Sequence record: MN850581.1
Origin: Escherichia phage sortkaff
Length of the DNA: 42,446 nt
Direction: 5' to 3' (one strand)
Shown in pieces: positions 1-8,307 of this stretch (positions within the stretch are counted from its first letter, which is position 1; each line of letters opens with the position of its first letter). Position numbers and translations under genes: made by a program. The notes under the pieces were generated by a model, which was given only the letters and a program-made list of their open reading frames with translations, was not told where the DNA came from and did no database searches.

Positions 1-13
1 GCTCGTTCGCCAT

Positions 14-66
14 GATAAAAAAATCCTCCGGTTACTCCTGGATGTTTACAGGGTTCGCGGAGGATT
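14..66 (-). terminator. rho-independent terminator at the end of the leftward early operon
   Basis: Minus-strand reading gives a 9-bp stem AATCCTCCG/CGGAGGATT (plus 22-30 and 58-66) with inner CCTG/CAGG pairing, followed by a U7 tract (plus A-run 14-21). It lies directly downstream of the last minus-strand ORF 89..382. Confidence 0.5.
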
Positions 67-88
67 GTCGTCTATCACTGGACCGTTA

Positions 89-382
89 TCAAGTGGAGCG
101 CCCCGGCGAGAGGTCAGGGCATAGGTGCATATTCTCCGCCGTGATGGGCCAGGGGCTAACCGGGTGGGCGTAGGCCAGCTTGTCGGCCCGTTTGGCGATG
201 TAGCCCGTGCGCTTGCCCGTGTCCTCAAACTTCGCACAGATAACGCACGTCCCGTTACTGGTGAAACGGGTGAAGTTGCCCCGGTGCGCCTTGCACTCGA
301 TCCCCCGGTAGGTGGGGACTTTCATCGCGATAGCCTGCGCGCGGCTGAATGCGACGGGTTTCTCCTTCGTCGCGCCCGCCAT
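89..382 (-). CDS. hypothetical small protein, possible zinc-binding (C-x2-H ... C-x2-C)
   Basis: 97-aa ORF; its ATG overlaps the stop of the upstream gene (TAATG), suggesting translational coupling. Cys/His cluster CKAHRGNFTRFTSNGTCVIC. Confidence 0.5.
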   Translation of the reverse strand: MAGATKEKPVAFSRAQAIAMKVPTYRGIECKAHRGNFTRFTSNGTCVICAKFEDTGKRTGYIAKRADKLAYAHPVSPWPITAENMHLCPDLSPGRST

Positions 383-798
383 TAGTCGCAGGCTCCGCCG
401 CTGGGGGTGCTGCTGTCGCCACTGTCATAGCTGGGGCTGCTGTCGCTGTCGTGGCTGGAGTGGTGGCGGTGGCTGGAGTTGTCCCAGTCGTTGCGGTCGT
501 TGACGTGGTAGACCGGGTTTAGTGGCGAGGTCAGCGAAAGCGGGTTAAGCGGGTCGAGGTCGTCGCCCTGGCGGTGGAGTGCGCGCCGGGTCGGGTCACT
601 GCGGAGCGCGGTCGCCATGCGCTGCTCGTGGTGTCGCTGGTTGTTGCGACGGTCGCGGGAGGCGATGGACATAGCCCGATCGATCTCCGCCCCCATTTTG
701 GCCGCCTGGCTCTTTGCGGCCATGCTGCGCGGGGCGATGATAATCCGCTCCGTGGGCTTGCGGTTAAACAGGCGCTTAATGCTGTCAAAGATGGACAT
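382..798 (-). CDS. hypothetical protein with His/Ser/Asp-rich low-complexity C-terminus
   Basis: 138-aa ORF with a strong RBS (GAAGGAGAGAG) just upstream of the ATG at 798. Confidence 0.65.
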   Translation of the reverse strand: MSIFDSIKRLFNRKPTERIIIAPRSMAAKSQAAKMGAEIDRAMSIASRDRRNNQRHHEQRMATALRSDPTRRALHRQGDDLDPLNPLSLTSPLNPVYHVNDRNDWDNSSHRHHSSHDSDSSPSYDSGDSSTPSGGACD

Positions 799-868
799 TG
801 CTCTCTCCTTCGTCTGGGTGGAATCGGCCCCAGCATAGCGCCGGGGCGTACATCATTCAAGCGCGATA

Positions 869-1126
869 TTATCGGAGCATCAGGAGGAGGCAGCCGACCA
901 CGAGGCCGATCGCCAGCGCCTTAATGATGCCGGGACATTTGGGCCGCTCGTCGTGCGGGAAGTACATCACGCAGTCGCGCATAAGCTCCGCGCGCTTGCG
1001 GTCTATGTCGGCCTGAGTGACTGGCGGACGCGTCAGCCATGAAACCGGGATGTAGGCCGGAGGGACTCGATCCCCCCAGCTCCCGGCGGTCACTTTGCGC
1101 GGCGGTACTGCTTCACGTCGGACCAC
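869..1126 (-). CDS. hypothetical small protein with C-terminal hydrophobic segment
   Basis: 85-aa ORF with a GTG start and GGAGG about 13 nt upstream; overlaps the 3' end of the upstream gene by about 37 nt; C-terminal IIKALAIGLVVGCLLLMLR looks like a transmembrane helix. Start is uncertain. Confidence 0.35.
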   Translation of the reverse strand: MVRREAVPPRKVTAGSWGDRVPPAYIPVSWLTRPPVTQADIDRKRAELMRDCVMYFPHDERPKCPGIIKALAIGLVVGCLLLMLR

Positions 1127-2028
1127 TCGACCACGCCAGCCTCCAGCGTGTTACCTGCGCCGTTGTGGAGCATGATATCCACCAGCGCGTCGTCCGGCAT
1201 GTTGTGCGGCTTATAGCCCCATTCCCACACGATCCAGCCCTCGGAGTCCGGCTTCTCGCGCCCGGTCAGCGCGTCGAGCAAGTCCTGGCCGATCTCGGTC
1301 GGGATCCGGCCCGTGGCCGCCAGCGCCTGGATCTTGCTGCGCAATGCTTCGCCGCGTTTGGTATGCCAGCGGAGGCTCTGCTCCGTCTCCTGCTGGACGC
1401 GCGTCTCAAACCACGCCACGCGCTCGGCGTTGCAGTCACAGCGCGTCAGCTTCTCCATGTTCTCCTGTCCGCGCACGAAGTCCCGAAGGTGGCCGTTAGG
1501 CATCCTGAAAACATTCCAGTTATACGGGAGGCGCTTCTCGTCGCAGTTGGTCACGTAGCGCTCCAGCAAGTCCACGCGCTCCTCGGCCAGTCTGGCCGCC
1601 TTGTCGAATGCCCCGGCCTTGTCGGCCTTTGCCACCAGCTCGCGCGCTACCTGCTCCGTCCAGGCGATGTGTTGAGGCTCGCCCATGATGCCGCGCCAGC
1701 CGTGCGGGACGTGCATCGCGCCGATGATCTCGCGCAACCGGACATAGTAGCCGGACACGGTGGCCTCTGCGGCCCGCATCTGGTCCAGCTCCTGCTCCAG
1801 CTCGCGCTCGCGGTACTTGTCGCGCCACTTCTCGCTCTCGGCATGGACGCGAGCCAGCGCATCGTCGGACAGGAGCGGCAGGTGGCAGGGGGAGAGGTCC
1901 GGCTCCGCTTTGAAGCCGTTCGCCATAGCGTCGGCAATGTCGGAAACGCGGATCTTGCGCTGGGTGTAGCGGGCGCGGTCCTCGTGGGACATATGCGCGT
2001 AGAGTAATCCTTCGTCGTGGCTGTTCAT
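1090..2028 (-). CDS. hypothetical protein (312 aa)
   Basis: Long ORF; ATG at 2028 is preceded by a purine-rich GAGAGAGAGAACC. The in-frame upstream extension to 2217 has no ATG and would begin inside the predicted promoter, so 2028 is preferred. Confidence 0.7.
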   Translation of the reverse strand: MNSHDEGLLYAHMSHEDRARYTQRKIRVSDIADAMANGFKAEPDLSPCHLPLLSDDALARVHAESEKWRDKYRERELEQELDQMRAAEATVSGYYVRLREIIGAMHVPHGWRGIMGEPQHIAWTEQVARELVAKADKAGAFDKAARLAEERVDLLERYVTNCDEKRLPYNWNVFRMPNGHLRDFVRGQENMEKLTRCDCNAERVAWFETRVQQETEQSLRWHTKRGEALRSKIQALAATGRIPTEIGQDLLDALTGREKPDSEGWIVWEWGYKPHNMPDDALVDIMLHNGAGNTLEAGVVEWSDVKQYRRAK

Positions 2029-2219
2029 GGTTCTCTCTCTCGGTTGGTTGAAGGTGGGCGGCGTTGCTTCGTCGGTAGCCTCGGTTCGATTCCACTGGTA
2101 AGCGTTCTGCCTTGCGGCGAGTGTCCAGCGTTCGGCCTCACGGTTGGGAATCCTGACACTACGATCAAGCCCCTGCGTTGCTCCTCTCCGGCTGCATCCT
2201 GCCGCCGCCCTACGCAATA

Positions 2220-2248
2220 AAGATAACGGAAGCGTGATATTAATGCAA
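2220..2248 (-). promoter_or_regulatory. sigma70-like promoter (-35 TTGCAT, 17-bp spacer, -10 TATCTT) with ATCACGCTTCC in the spacer
   Basis: Minus-strand reading TTGCAT-taatATCACGCTTCCgt-TATCTT; near-identical in layout and spacer to the Dam promoter at 15484..15512. Confidence 0.45.
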
Positions 2249-2255
2249 GGATTAT

Positions 2256-2531
2256 TTATTCTTTATCATCACCCCATCGGCCAGGCTTTAGCAGGTTGCC
2301 GCGTCGCCAGTCGTCCCACACGAAGTACGGCCAGAATGCGAGCGTAAGCGCCAGGAAGAAAACGACAATCACCGCCACCAGCGCCGCCGCCAGTGGCACG
2401 AGCGACGAGGGCAGGGTGGCCGCCTCTTTGGCACAGGCGCGCCCCAGGTAGAGGCCAGCGCCCGCCCATATCTCGATCAGCATCCACGCCGCGCCGATCG
2501 CCAGGTAGGAGAAAATCATTTCGTAGAGCAT
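2256..2531 (-). CDS. hypothetical small membrane protein (two predicted TM helices)
   Basis: 91-aa ORF with hydrophobic stretches LAIGAAWMLIEIWAGAGLYL and LAAALVAVIVVFFLALTLAFW; its ATG overlaps the upstream stop (TGATG). Confidence 0.55.
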   Translation of the reverse strand: MLYEMIFSYLAIGAAWMLIEIWAGAGLYLGRACAKEAATLPSSLVPLAAALVAVIVVFFLALTLAFWPYFVWDDWRRGNLLKPGRWGDDKE

Positions 2532-2734
2532 CAGTAGATCCCATTGGTCAGAAGATACAGCCGCCCGTTTCGCATCAGGCGGATCATGTTGCTGGTCCCG
2601 TGGCCCATCGGGACCGGGTACAGGTTGCCATCTGCGGCGCGCATATACAGGCGGTTGCGGACGCGCCAGCCTTGCAGGGTGTGGCCCCGGCGTCCGTACT
2701 CGTCGCGCTTCACGTCCACGATCCGGCAGTACAC
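2531..2734 (-). CDS. hypothetical small protein
   Basis: 67-aa ORF with a GTG start and weak RBS. Confidence 0.3.
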   Translation of the reverse strand: MYCRIVDVKRDEYGRRGHTLQGWRVRNRLYMRAADGNLYPVPMGHGTSNMIRLMRNGRLYLLTNGIY

Positions 2735-2757
2735 CGGAGCCTAGTCAATCTGCATCA

Positions 2758-3138
2758 TCACCACTTCCTCCAGTCGGCAGGGTCGCGCGGGAGCTGCGCC
2801 AGGTCATGGTCCCACTTCGGGGCCTCGTCCGGCTTGCGGTAGCCGTCGTAAAGCATCTGGACCGCCGCGATCGGGTGAGCCGGGAGCGACTCATGGATGT
2901 ACAGATAGAACATGCCGCGCCGTCCCTCGTGGGTGATGCCGAAGCCGCTCCGGGTGTAGGTGTGGAGCGGCTGGTCGCCAGGTGCGGTCGGCATGGTGTC
3001 GGCGAGATACTGGATCGCGCTGGCGTGGAGTGGTGACGGCATCATGATTTGCGGCGTCCCTTCGGTCAGGGTGACGCGCTTGCCATCGTGCGGGCCTCCA
3101 ATCAGGAGCGCCTCGACTAAGTTTGCGGGGTGTTGCAT
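2758..3138 (-). CDS. hypothetical protein
   Basis: 126-aa ORF with RBS GGGAGGA 3 nt before the ATG. Confidence 0.65.
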   Translation of the reverse strand: MQHPANLVEALLIGGPHDGKRVTLTEGTPQIMMPSPLHASAIQYLADTMPTAPGDQPLHTYTRSGFGITHEGRRGMFYLYIHESLPAHPIAAVQMLYDGYRKPDEAPKWDHDLAQLPRDPADWRKW

Positions 3139-3222
3139 GGATCCTCCCAGTCTACGGGGTCGAATGATTAGCGCCTACTTGCGGCCCTCTGGGCTTCCAT
3201 CGTTCGGCGCTGGTGGTATCGG

Positions 3223-3573
3223 TCAGAATGGCGCGCCGTGGGTAGCGCGTAGCTCGTCTGGAGTCAGCGGCAGGCCGACCGGGCCGACTGGCCGCGATGC
3301 CTTGAGCTGGTTCCAGTAGGCAAACGGTCCAGCGTCGCGCCATGAATGATTGTACTTGCCGAAGGACAGGGAGCCGGAGCTGGTGGCCGGGCCATCGTAG
3401 CCGACGCGCTCAAGCTCTGCGAGCGGGACTAACATCAGCGTGTCCAGGGTGTGGACGCCATCGGGATAGCGGTAAACCTCGGCGCGCACGAGGGCAGGGA
3501 AGCGGACACGCTCGAAGCCGCTCCGCCCGTTGTAGCCGTAGGCGTCGGCGTGGAGGATCTCGATCATTTTCAT
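3223..3573 (-). CDS. hypothetical protein
   Basis: 116 aa from ATG-AAA-ATG (MKMIEIL...) within the longer six-frame ORF; purine-rich leader. Confidence 0.55.
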   Translation of the reverse strand: MKMIEILHADAYGYNGRSGFERVRFPALVRAEVYRYPDGVHTLDTLMLVPLAELERVGYDGPATSSGSLSFGKYNHSWRDAGPFAYWNQLKASRPVGPVGLPLTPDELRATHGAPF

Positions 3574-3625
3574 GGTGTTGTCTCTCGTCGGGTGGATGAA
3601 TGCCCCGTTGCCGGGGCGCTGGTGG

Positions 3626-3859
3626 TCAGACGCCGTAACGGTCGGCAAGGAAAGAAAACCAGTTTTCAAGGCTGGCGCGTTGTTTGGCTGAAATGCCGTC
3701 GCCGTAGCGCTCCACCATTTCCGCAAACTTGCCTTTGATTGCTTTGAGGCGTTCAGCGTTCACGAAGTACGGGCCGAATGCGTCAAACGCGAAGCCGGAG
3801 CGGTCGCCCGCGCGGTTAAGAATGTCTTTGATTTGTGCAACGGTGAATTTATTAGCCAT
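3626..3859 (-). CDS. hypothetical small protein
   Basis: 77 aa from MANKFTV...; RBS GGAGAAA 5 nt upstream of the ATG. Confidence 0.65.
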   Translation of the reverse strand: MANKFTVAQIKDILNRAGDRSGFAFDAFGPYFVNAERLKAIKGKFAEMVERYGDGISAKQRASLENWFSFLADRYGV

Positions 3860-3966
3860 TTTCGTTTCTCCTCTGGGGGTCGGCGATGTTGCCGCCCTAT
3901 GTGATATAAGATAAACACTTTCGGGCGGCATGTCCAGAGAAATATCACGAAAAGATTAAATTATTT

Positions 3967-4155
3967 TCAGGCCAGATCGTCGTCCACTCTCCGGCCCAGC
4001 GCTGCCACGTCGTCCTCGGTTGCCGGACGGTAGCCATAACCAGGCCCCAGCTTGCGGGCGATGTGCTGCGCCTGCGCCTGGTTCAGCGTCACGGCGATCA
4101 GATTATTGGCCGCATCGACCACGCAGTGGGCTGCGTTTGCTGCTGCTATGTTCAT
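3967..4155 (-). CDS. hypothetical small protein
   Basis: 62 aa from MNIAAANA...; RBS GAGGTGAG; ATG overlaps the upstream stop (ATGA). Confidence 0.6.
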   Translation of the reverse strand: MNIAAANAAHCVVDAANNLIAVTLNQAQAQHIARKLGPGYGYRPATEDDVAALGRRVDDDLA

Positions 4156-4388
4156 CGTCTCACCTCGTCCGCCAGCTCCTGCTCCAGTTGGGAGACCTGC
4201 GCGCAAACGTCGTCGAAGTCCTCCATCTTGTCCAGCAAGCGGCGCGCAAGATGCCTCACGACCTCCTCGCAGTCGAGGCCGCCGATCGAGCTGGGCGGAT
4301 AACCTTCGCTTAACATGGTCAGCTCTGCGTCGTCCAGCTCCTGCTCGTCCAGGTGGCGGACTGGTCGGGCCAGTTCCAGCTTATTCAT
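4152..4388 (-). CDS. hypothetical small acidic protein
   Basis: 78 aa from MNKLELARP...; RBS GAAGGGAGG; start overlaps the upstream gene's end. Confidence 0.6.
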   Translation of the reverse strand: MNKLELARPVRHLDEQELDDAELTMLSEGYPPSSIGGLDCEEVVRHLARRLLDKMEDFDDVCAQVSQLEQELADEVRR

Positions 4389-4611
4389 TGTCGCCTCCCT
4401 TCGCTGCTGCTCTGCGCTGCTCGTCCATCTTCGCCACAAACTCCCGGACGCCCTGCTCCGCGAGCGCCGTCGCCTGGTTATGGCTGTAGCCCTTGCGGCG
4501 GGCTATGTCGTAAAGCTGCTGGCGCATCGTCGCCCGTTGCTGCGGTCCTACATACATACGGGAGAGGTCCGTCACGCTTGCCGCCTGCCCTTTCGTCGTC
4601 TCTTTCATCAT
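4381..4611 (-). CDS. hypothetical small protein
   Basis: 76-aa ORF starting ATGATG with RBS ACGAGG. Confidence 0.6.
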   Translation of the reverse strand: MMKETTKGQAASVTDLSRMYVGPQQRATMRQQLYDIARRKGYSHNQATALAEQGVREFVAKMDEQRRAAAKGGDNE

Positions 4612-4631
4612 TACCTCGTTTTGTCGGGGCC

Positions 4632-5081
4632 GTAACGAAACCGTTACAGCTTGAGAATGTTACACACGATCGCGATTAACAGCGTTAACCCTGCGCCGTA
4701 GACTGCGAAACATATCCAGAGAAATGTCCACGATCCGACGGCTTCCCGGAGTGGTGTTTCCTGCTCCGGCGATGTTCTCCCTCGCGCTTTCCGGGAGGGG
4801 AATTTTATCACGTTAATAGTATGCTCCTTTGCATCACGTTTCAATGATAATTATGTGTGGAAATGGTCGGGGGTTTTGGGGTTTTAACCCCCGGCAAAAT
4901 CCCCGCCGTAACACTCAAAAAATACCCGTTACCGGAATGGCTGTAAGTTACTGAATATCATCGGTAACATTGTCGGTGTAACAGTGTTACCTTTTTGAAA
5001 CTTCGGAGCCACTGGGTAACGGTAACATAAATATATACCCCCTTTAGGGGGTATATGTTATGTAACCCGTGACCGTTACCA
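4632..5081. repeat. cluster of GTAAC/GTTAC iteron-like repeats and palindromes in a roughly 480-bp largely non-coding region
   Basis: About 13 GTAAC/GTTAC pentamers in about 450 bp: palindrome GTAACGAAACCGTTAC (4632-4647), CGGTAACAttgtCGGTGTAACAGTGTTAC (4962-4990), GGTAACGGTAAC (5015-5026), GTAACccgtgaccGTTAC (5062-5079). Also a 10-bp-arm palindrome ATATACCCCC-TTTA-GGGGGTATAT (5033-5056) and hairpin CGGGGGTT/AACCCCCG (4868-4893). Confidence 0.6.
4816..4844 (-). promoter_or_regulatory. sigma70-like promoter (-35 TTGAAA, 17-bp spacer, -10 TACTAT) with CGTGAT in the spacer and again just after the -10
   Basis: Minus-strand reading TTGAAA-CGTGATgcaaaggagca-TACTAT-taaCGTGAT; would drive the downstream early small genes (4611 leftward). 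Confidence 0.4.
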
Positions 5082-5094
5082 GGAAATGTGACCG

Positions 5095-6753
5095 TTAAAA
5101 ATCGTTAAGATCGTCGGCCCCGTCGTCGGCTTTATTGCCCCAGTCAGTCGGGCGCGGATCGTTATCCTTTATCCCACCCAGGAGCGGGATCGCTTCGTTC
5201 ATGGCGGTGAGCGTTTCGTCCCCGGCCATCTTGATCAGGATCTGCTTTTTGGTGGCATGTTCAAAGGCGCGATGGAATTGCATCTTGTCCATCGGGTCGT
5301 CGGTCCCGGTGCGCGCCCAGTCCGATAACATGCCTTTGGTAAGTTTCGGCGTCCGGTAGTTCTTTTCCTTTCGCGTCAGGTTGTACTCGTGGACAAACTG
5401 CGCCAGCCGGAGGGCGTTCTCCTGCGTCCGGCTCACCTTCTGCGCTGCGGCCTTCTCCTCGTCCGCGCCTGCGTCCTGTTTCACCAGCTCCGGCTCGTTG
5501 ATAACGATCAGGGTCGTGTCATTGCTGCCGATGTGCCACGCGGCGGGGCCGTCCTTCCCAGGTGCGGACATGCGCGCCATTGCGTCGCGTTTGGCCTTGA
5601 CCAGCTCCGGCGGGAGTTTAACGGACTTCGTGCGGAATGCGCGCCGCTCCAGCATGGCGGAGCCTTTGGCTTTGGTGTGATCGAATACGAACAAATCGCG
5701 GTCCTTGTGCTTCGAGAGCGTGATCTCAAAGGCGGAGTTAGCCTTGAGGGCAGACGCCCCACGTCCGCCGCGCGTTGCGTCCTTCCCGGAGTGGTGGAGG
5801 ATCACCACGGCACAGTCCAGCGCCTCGGCCAGCTTCTGCGCGTTGGCTAACAGGATCGCCGCCTGGTCGTTGTTGTTCTCGGTGAATGGCTCGCCGCCCA
5901 CCCAGCGCCCCGGCTCGTTGTCCTTCGGTTCGCGCCACTGCTCGCCGATCTTCTGGCCTGCGGAGTTGGCGCTATAGGTATCGATCACGACCAGCGCGGG
6001 CTTGTTGCCCTCCAGCTCGAAGAACGGGGAGGCGTTGAATTTGGCCGCGAATTTCATCAGCTCGCGCTCCCGGTGCAACGGTACGGGCTGCGCGATGATA
6101 AACAGGTTATCAAGCGGCTTGTTTTTGTTCTGGCTGTATACCCAGCCCGCATAGCGCTCTTTCACGCCGTCGGCGTCCTCTGGCGCGAAGTACAGCACGG
6201 AGCCTTTACGGACGGGCAAGCCCCCGAAGTGGTGGCCCTTCGCCACGCAGATAGCCATCTGGAGCGCACAAAACGTTTTCTTTGCCCCGGACTCGCCGAC
6301 CAGGAAGCCCACGGACCGCTCCGGGATCAGGTTCTGGATCACGAAGTTGATAACACGCGGGGCGCTGGCCTCCCGGAGCTTGTCCAGAAATTCGTCCGGC
6401 TGCTCCGCCAGCATGGCCTTAATTTTCGCCAGGTCACGCTCGCGGCGCTCCTCGGTGGTCAGGCTGCGCGGCATCATGGCGGGCTGGTTGTCCTCGTCCA
6501 GTACCATGTCCCACTCGTGATCCGCTTCGTTTGTGCCGAAGTGGTAGAGCTGCACGTCCTCTAACGTCATTCCCTGCTCTGCGGCTGCGTCCTCGTCGAT
6601 CGCCATCTGTCGGGCCAGCTCGTCCTCGCTCATTCCCGGCGAAGTCTCCAGCCATTCCGGCGGCTGCTCCAGAGGCCCGTCGTCTGGGAGGATCTGGTCG
6701 AGTAGCTCCTCTTTGCTCGGCTCCTGCTGGTCGTCTCTTTCGTCTTGGATCAT
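5095..6753 (-). CDS. RepA-like / RecA-fold (AAA_25-like) replication ATPase, putative replicative helicase or initiator
   Basis: 552-aa ORF with a degenerate P-loop VGESGAKKTFCALQMAICVAKG followed by hydrophobic-Asp Walker B (ALVVIDTYS) and an ILHHSGK motif; RBS AAGGAAAG; flanked on both sides by GTAAC repeats. Confidence 0.6.
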   Translation of the reverse strand: MIQDERDDQQEPSKEELLDQILPDDGPLEQPPEWLETSPGMSEDELARQMAIDEDAAAEQGMTLEDVQLYHFGTNEADHEWDMVLDEDNQPAMMPRSLTTEERRERDLAKIKAMLAEQPDEFLDKLREASAPRVINFVIQNLIPERSVGFLVGESGAKKTFCALQMAICVAKGHHFGGLPVRKGSVLYFAPEDADGVKERYAGWVYSQNKNKPLDNLFIIAQPVPLHRERELMKFAAKFNASPFFELEGNKPALVVIDTYSANSAGQKIGEQWREPKDNEPGRWVGGEPFTENNNDQAAILLANAQKLAEALDCAVVILHHSGKDATRGGRGASALKANSAFEITLSKHKDRDLFVFDHTKAKGSAMLERRAFRTKSVKLPPELVKAKRDAMARMSAPGKDGPAAWHIGSNDTTLIVINEPELVKQDAGADEEKAAAQKVSRTQENALRLAQFVHEYNLTRKEKNYRTPKLTKGMLSDWARTGTDDPMDKMQFHRAFEHATKKQILIKMAGDETLTAMNEAIPLLGGIKDNDPRPTDWGNKADDGADDLNDF

Positions 6754-6790
6754 ACTGCTTTCCTTAAATCATGGTAACGTTGTCGGTAAC

Positions 6791-6819
6791 AATGTACCCC
6801 CGACGCGTTACCCGGTCAA
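6791..6819 (-). promoter_or_regulatory. leftward promoter for the RepA-like gene (-35 TTGACC, 17-bp spacer, -10 TACATT)
   Basis: Back-to-back with the rightward promoter. The predicted transcript start falls inside two direct GGTAAC repeats (6773-6778 and 6785-6790, 12-bp period) that sit between promoter and RBS. Confidence 0.4.
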
Positions 6820-6842
6820 CCCGCCGCCAGCAAAGAAAAAAC

Positions 6843-6871
6843 TTTACATCATGGTTTCATTGTTCTAATGT
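6843..6871 (+). promoter_or_regulatory. rightward early promoter (-35 TTTACA, 17-bp spacer, -10 TAATGT) with upstream A-tract
   Basis: TTTACA-tcatggtttcattgttc-TAATGT preceded by caaagaaaaaac; downstream RBS GGAGG 5 nt before the ATG at 6898. Confidence 0.5.
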
Positions 6872-6897
6872 CGATAGCGAACAAACCGGAGGCATTT

Positions 6898-7353
6898 ATG
6901 GACCTGTTCAAAGACGAGCCGCGCGCCCCACTTCGGGCCAACGTGGCGCAACGTAAGACGCCAGCGGAGAGAATGCTGGAGATACTGGAAAAGGTTAAGC
7001 CGTCCGATCTCTCCATTCAGGACGCCATCGATCGCGGTGTACTCGATCCGTTTGGTGTAACGCAGGAAGTCCGGGACGCTTTCGCCCGGTTAAAACCGTC
7101 GGAGCAAATCTTCGCCGCGTTCTGGGGCGTTGCTGGTGTGGACAGTAAGGCATTGCTGGCCCTATGCCGACACGCCGCATTCATGGAGCGCGACGGACTG
7201 CTCCGCGATCTCAAAGTGGACAAGGAGCTGATCGCCTGCCCGGTGTCAGACTCCGACGGACTCGACGACGTGATCCCCCCAGGGGCGCCAGTCGGGCCGG
7301 AATTAGCCGCCGCTGCGTTGCGGTGTAAGCAGGCGTTACGGAGTGAGAAATGA
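6898..7353 (+). CDS. hypothetical protein (first gene of rightward early operon)
   Basis: 151 aa from the second in-frame ATG; the first ATG at 6868 lies inside the predicted -10 hexamer and lacks an RBS. Confidence 0.65.
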   Translation: MDLFKDEPRAPLRANVAQRKTPAERMLEILEKVKPSDLSIQDAIDRGVLDPFGVTQEVRDAFARLKPSEQIFAAFWGVAGVDSKALLALCRHAAFMERDGLLRDLKVDKELIACPVSDSDGLDDVIPPGAPVGPELAAAALRCKQALRSEK

Positions 7354-7553
7354 AACTTTTGTTAAAGAGGATCTACATTAACGCAATCATTCTGATTGTG
7401 GTTTATGTGGCCGTTTGGGCGCTGTTCCCCGGCCATGTCCCGTTTGATTATCTGGAGGGCTGGGCGTTCGCTGCGACGCTGGCCGCTCTGGTTGGCGTGG
7501 ACTACCTGCGGGAATATATCGACAAATTACTGGACCAGAGAGGAGACGCTTAA
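7350..7553 (+). CDS. hypothetical small membrane protein
   Basis: 67-aa ORF overlapping the upstream stop; hydrophobic helices (IILIVVYVAVWALF, WAFAATLAALVGV). Confidence 0.55.
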   Translation: MKLLLKRIYINAIILIVVYVAVWALFPGHVPFDYLEGWAFAATLAALVGVDYLREYIDKLLDQRGDA

Positions 7554-8294
7554 ATGTTTATCGCCGTGAAAAAACATAACAGGCCCGTATTTTTGAACGT
7601 GAACGAGATCAAGATCATTCGCGACGCGGAGCCGGATATCCACAACCCGGACTATGATCCGAAGATCCACCCCGGCAGTGTGATTTTTACCACGACCGAT
7701 CAGCACAGTACGCTTGAGCGGTATTTCTCCAGCATGTCGCCGGAGGACCTGCGGGACGTGATCAACGATGCCGCCGCCCAGGTTTACGCGGCTCCTATCG
7801 CCGCCCGGATCATGAGCCTGGACAATTGCGTGGCCCGCCTGGCCCGGTCTATGGAGGACTGGCTGGAGCTGGCAAACACGCCGATCATTAACGGCGAGGA
7901 TCTGGACGTCCAGCGCATACTCGACGAGACAAAGCAGACGCTGGACAGCATCCAGCCGCGCCTCGTCGCTGGTGGTTCGCCCGGTAAGCCCCGGCATTTT
8001 GTCGGGCTGGACTCGGACGTGTTTAACGTGGTTCAGCTCCTCACGTCGCACGAGTGGGCCGATCACTGCACCAGTACGCAGTTAGGCCAGCGCCTGGAGT
8101 CGGCGATCACGGACCTGCATAACCACACCAGCGAGATCCGCCAGCGTAAGGACCGGGCGGAGGAGCTGCTGGCCGAAGTGTGGCACGAGTGGAATAACGA
8201 CGACGCCACGCGGAAAGCGCTCGGCGAGGATATGGGGAAAGTTATCGGGAATTTTTTGTGGCCCGATGAAAATAAAACTTGTGAGAAAGAATAA
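7554..8294 (+). CDS. hypothetical protein (246 aa)
   Basis: ORF with RBS GAGGAGA upstream; ATG immediately after the upstream stop. Confidence 0.7.
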   Translation: MFIAVKKHNRPVFLNVNEIKIIRDAEPDIHNPDYDPKIHPGSVIFTTTDQHSTLERYFSSMSPEDLRDVINDAAAQVYAAPIAARIMSLDNCVARLARSMEDWLELANTPIINGEDLDVQRILDETKQTLDSIQPRLVAGGSPGKPRHFVGLDSDVFNVVQLLTSHEWADHCTSTQLGQRLESAITDLHNHTSEIRQRKDRAEELLAEVWHEWNNDDATRKALGEDMGKVIGNFLWPDENKTCEKE

Positions 8295-8307
8295 ATCACG
8301 ATATAGT
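8279..8307 (+). promoter_or_regulatory. sigma70-like promoter (-35 TTGTGA, 17-bp spacer, -10 TATAGT) with ATCACGA in the spacer, followed by a GC hairpin
   Basis: TTGTGA-gaaagaataaATCACGA-TATAGT; the -35 overlaps the last codons of the upstream gene; hairpin GCCGGGG-aatgg-CCCCGGC at 8317-8335 lies in the leader. Confidence 0.4.

Noticed and set aside
2075-2100. tRNA-like T-loop sequence GGTTCGATTCC
   Set aside because: The flanks cannot form a T-stem or acceptor stem; it is an isolated motif in the 5' leader of the 312-aa gene.
3891-3929. Inverted repeat GCCGCCC ... GGGCGGC with a 25-nt loop between two small genes
   Set aside because: The loop is too large and there is no adjacent U-tract for a confident terminator call; noted only as possible RNA structure.
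4644-4844. 66-aa ORF listed in the six-frame track
   Set aside because: It would have to start at a TTG with no RBS that coincides with the -35 of a predicted promoter, and it lies within the GTAAC-rich probable non-coding region.
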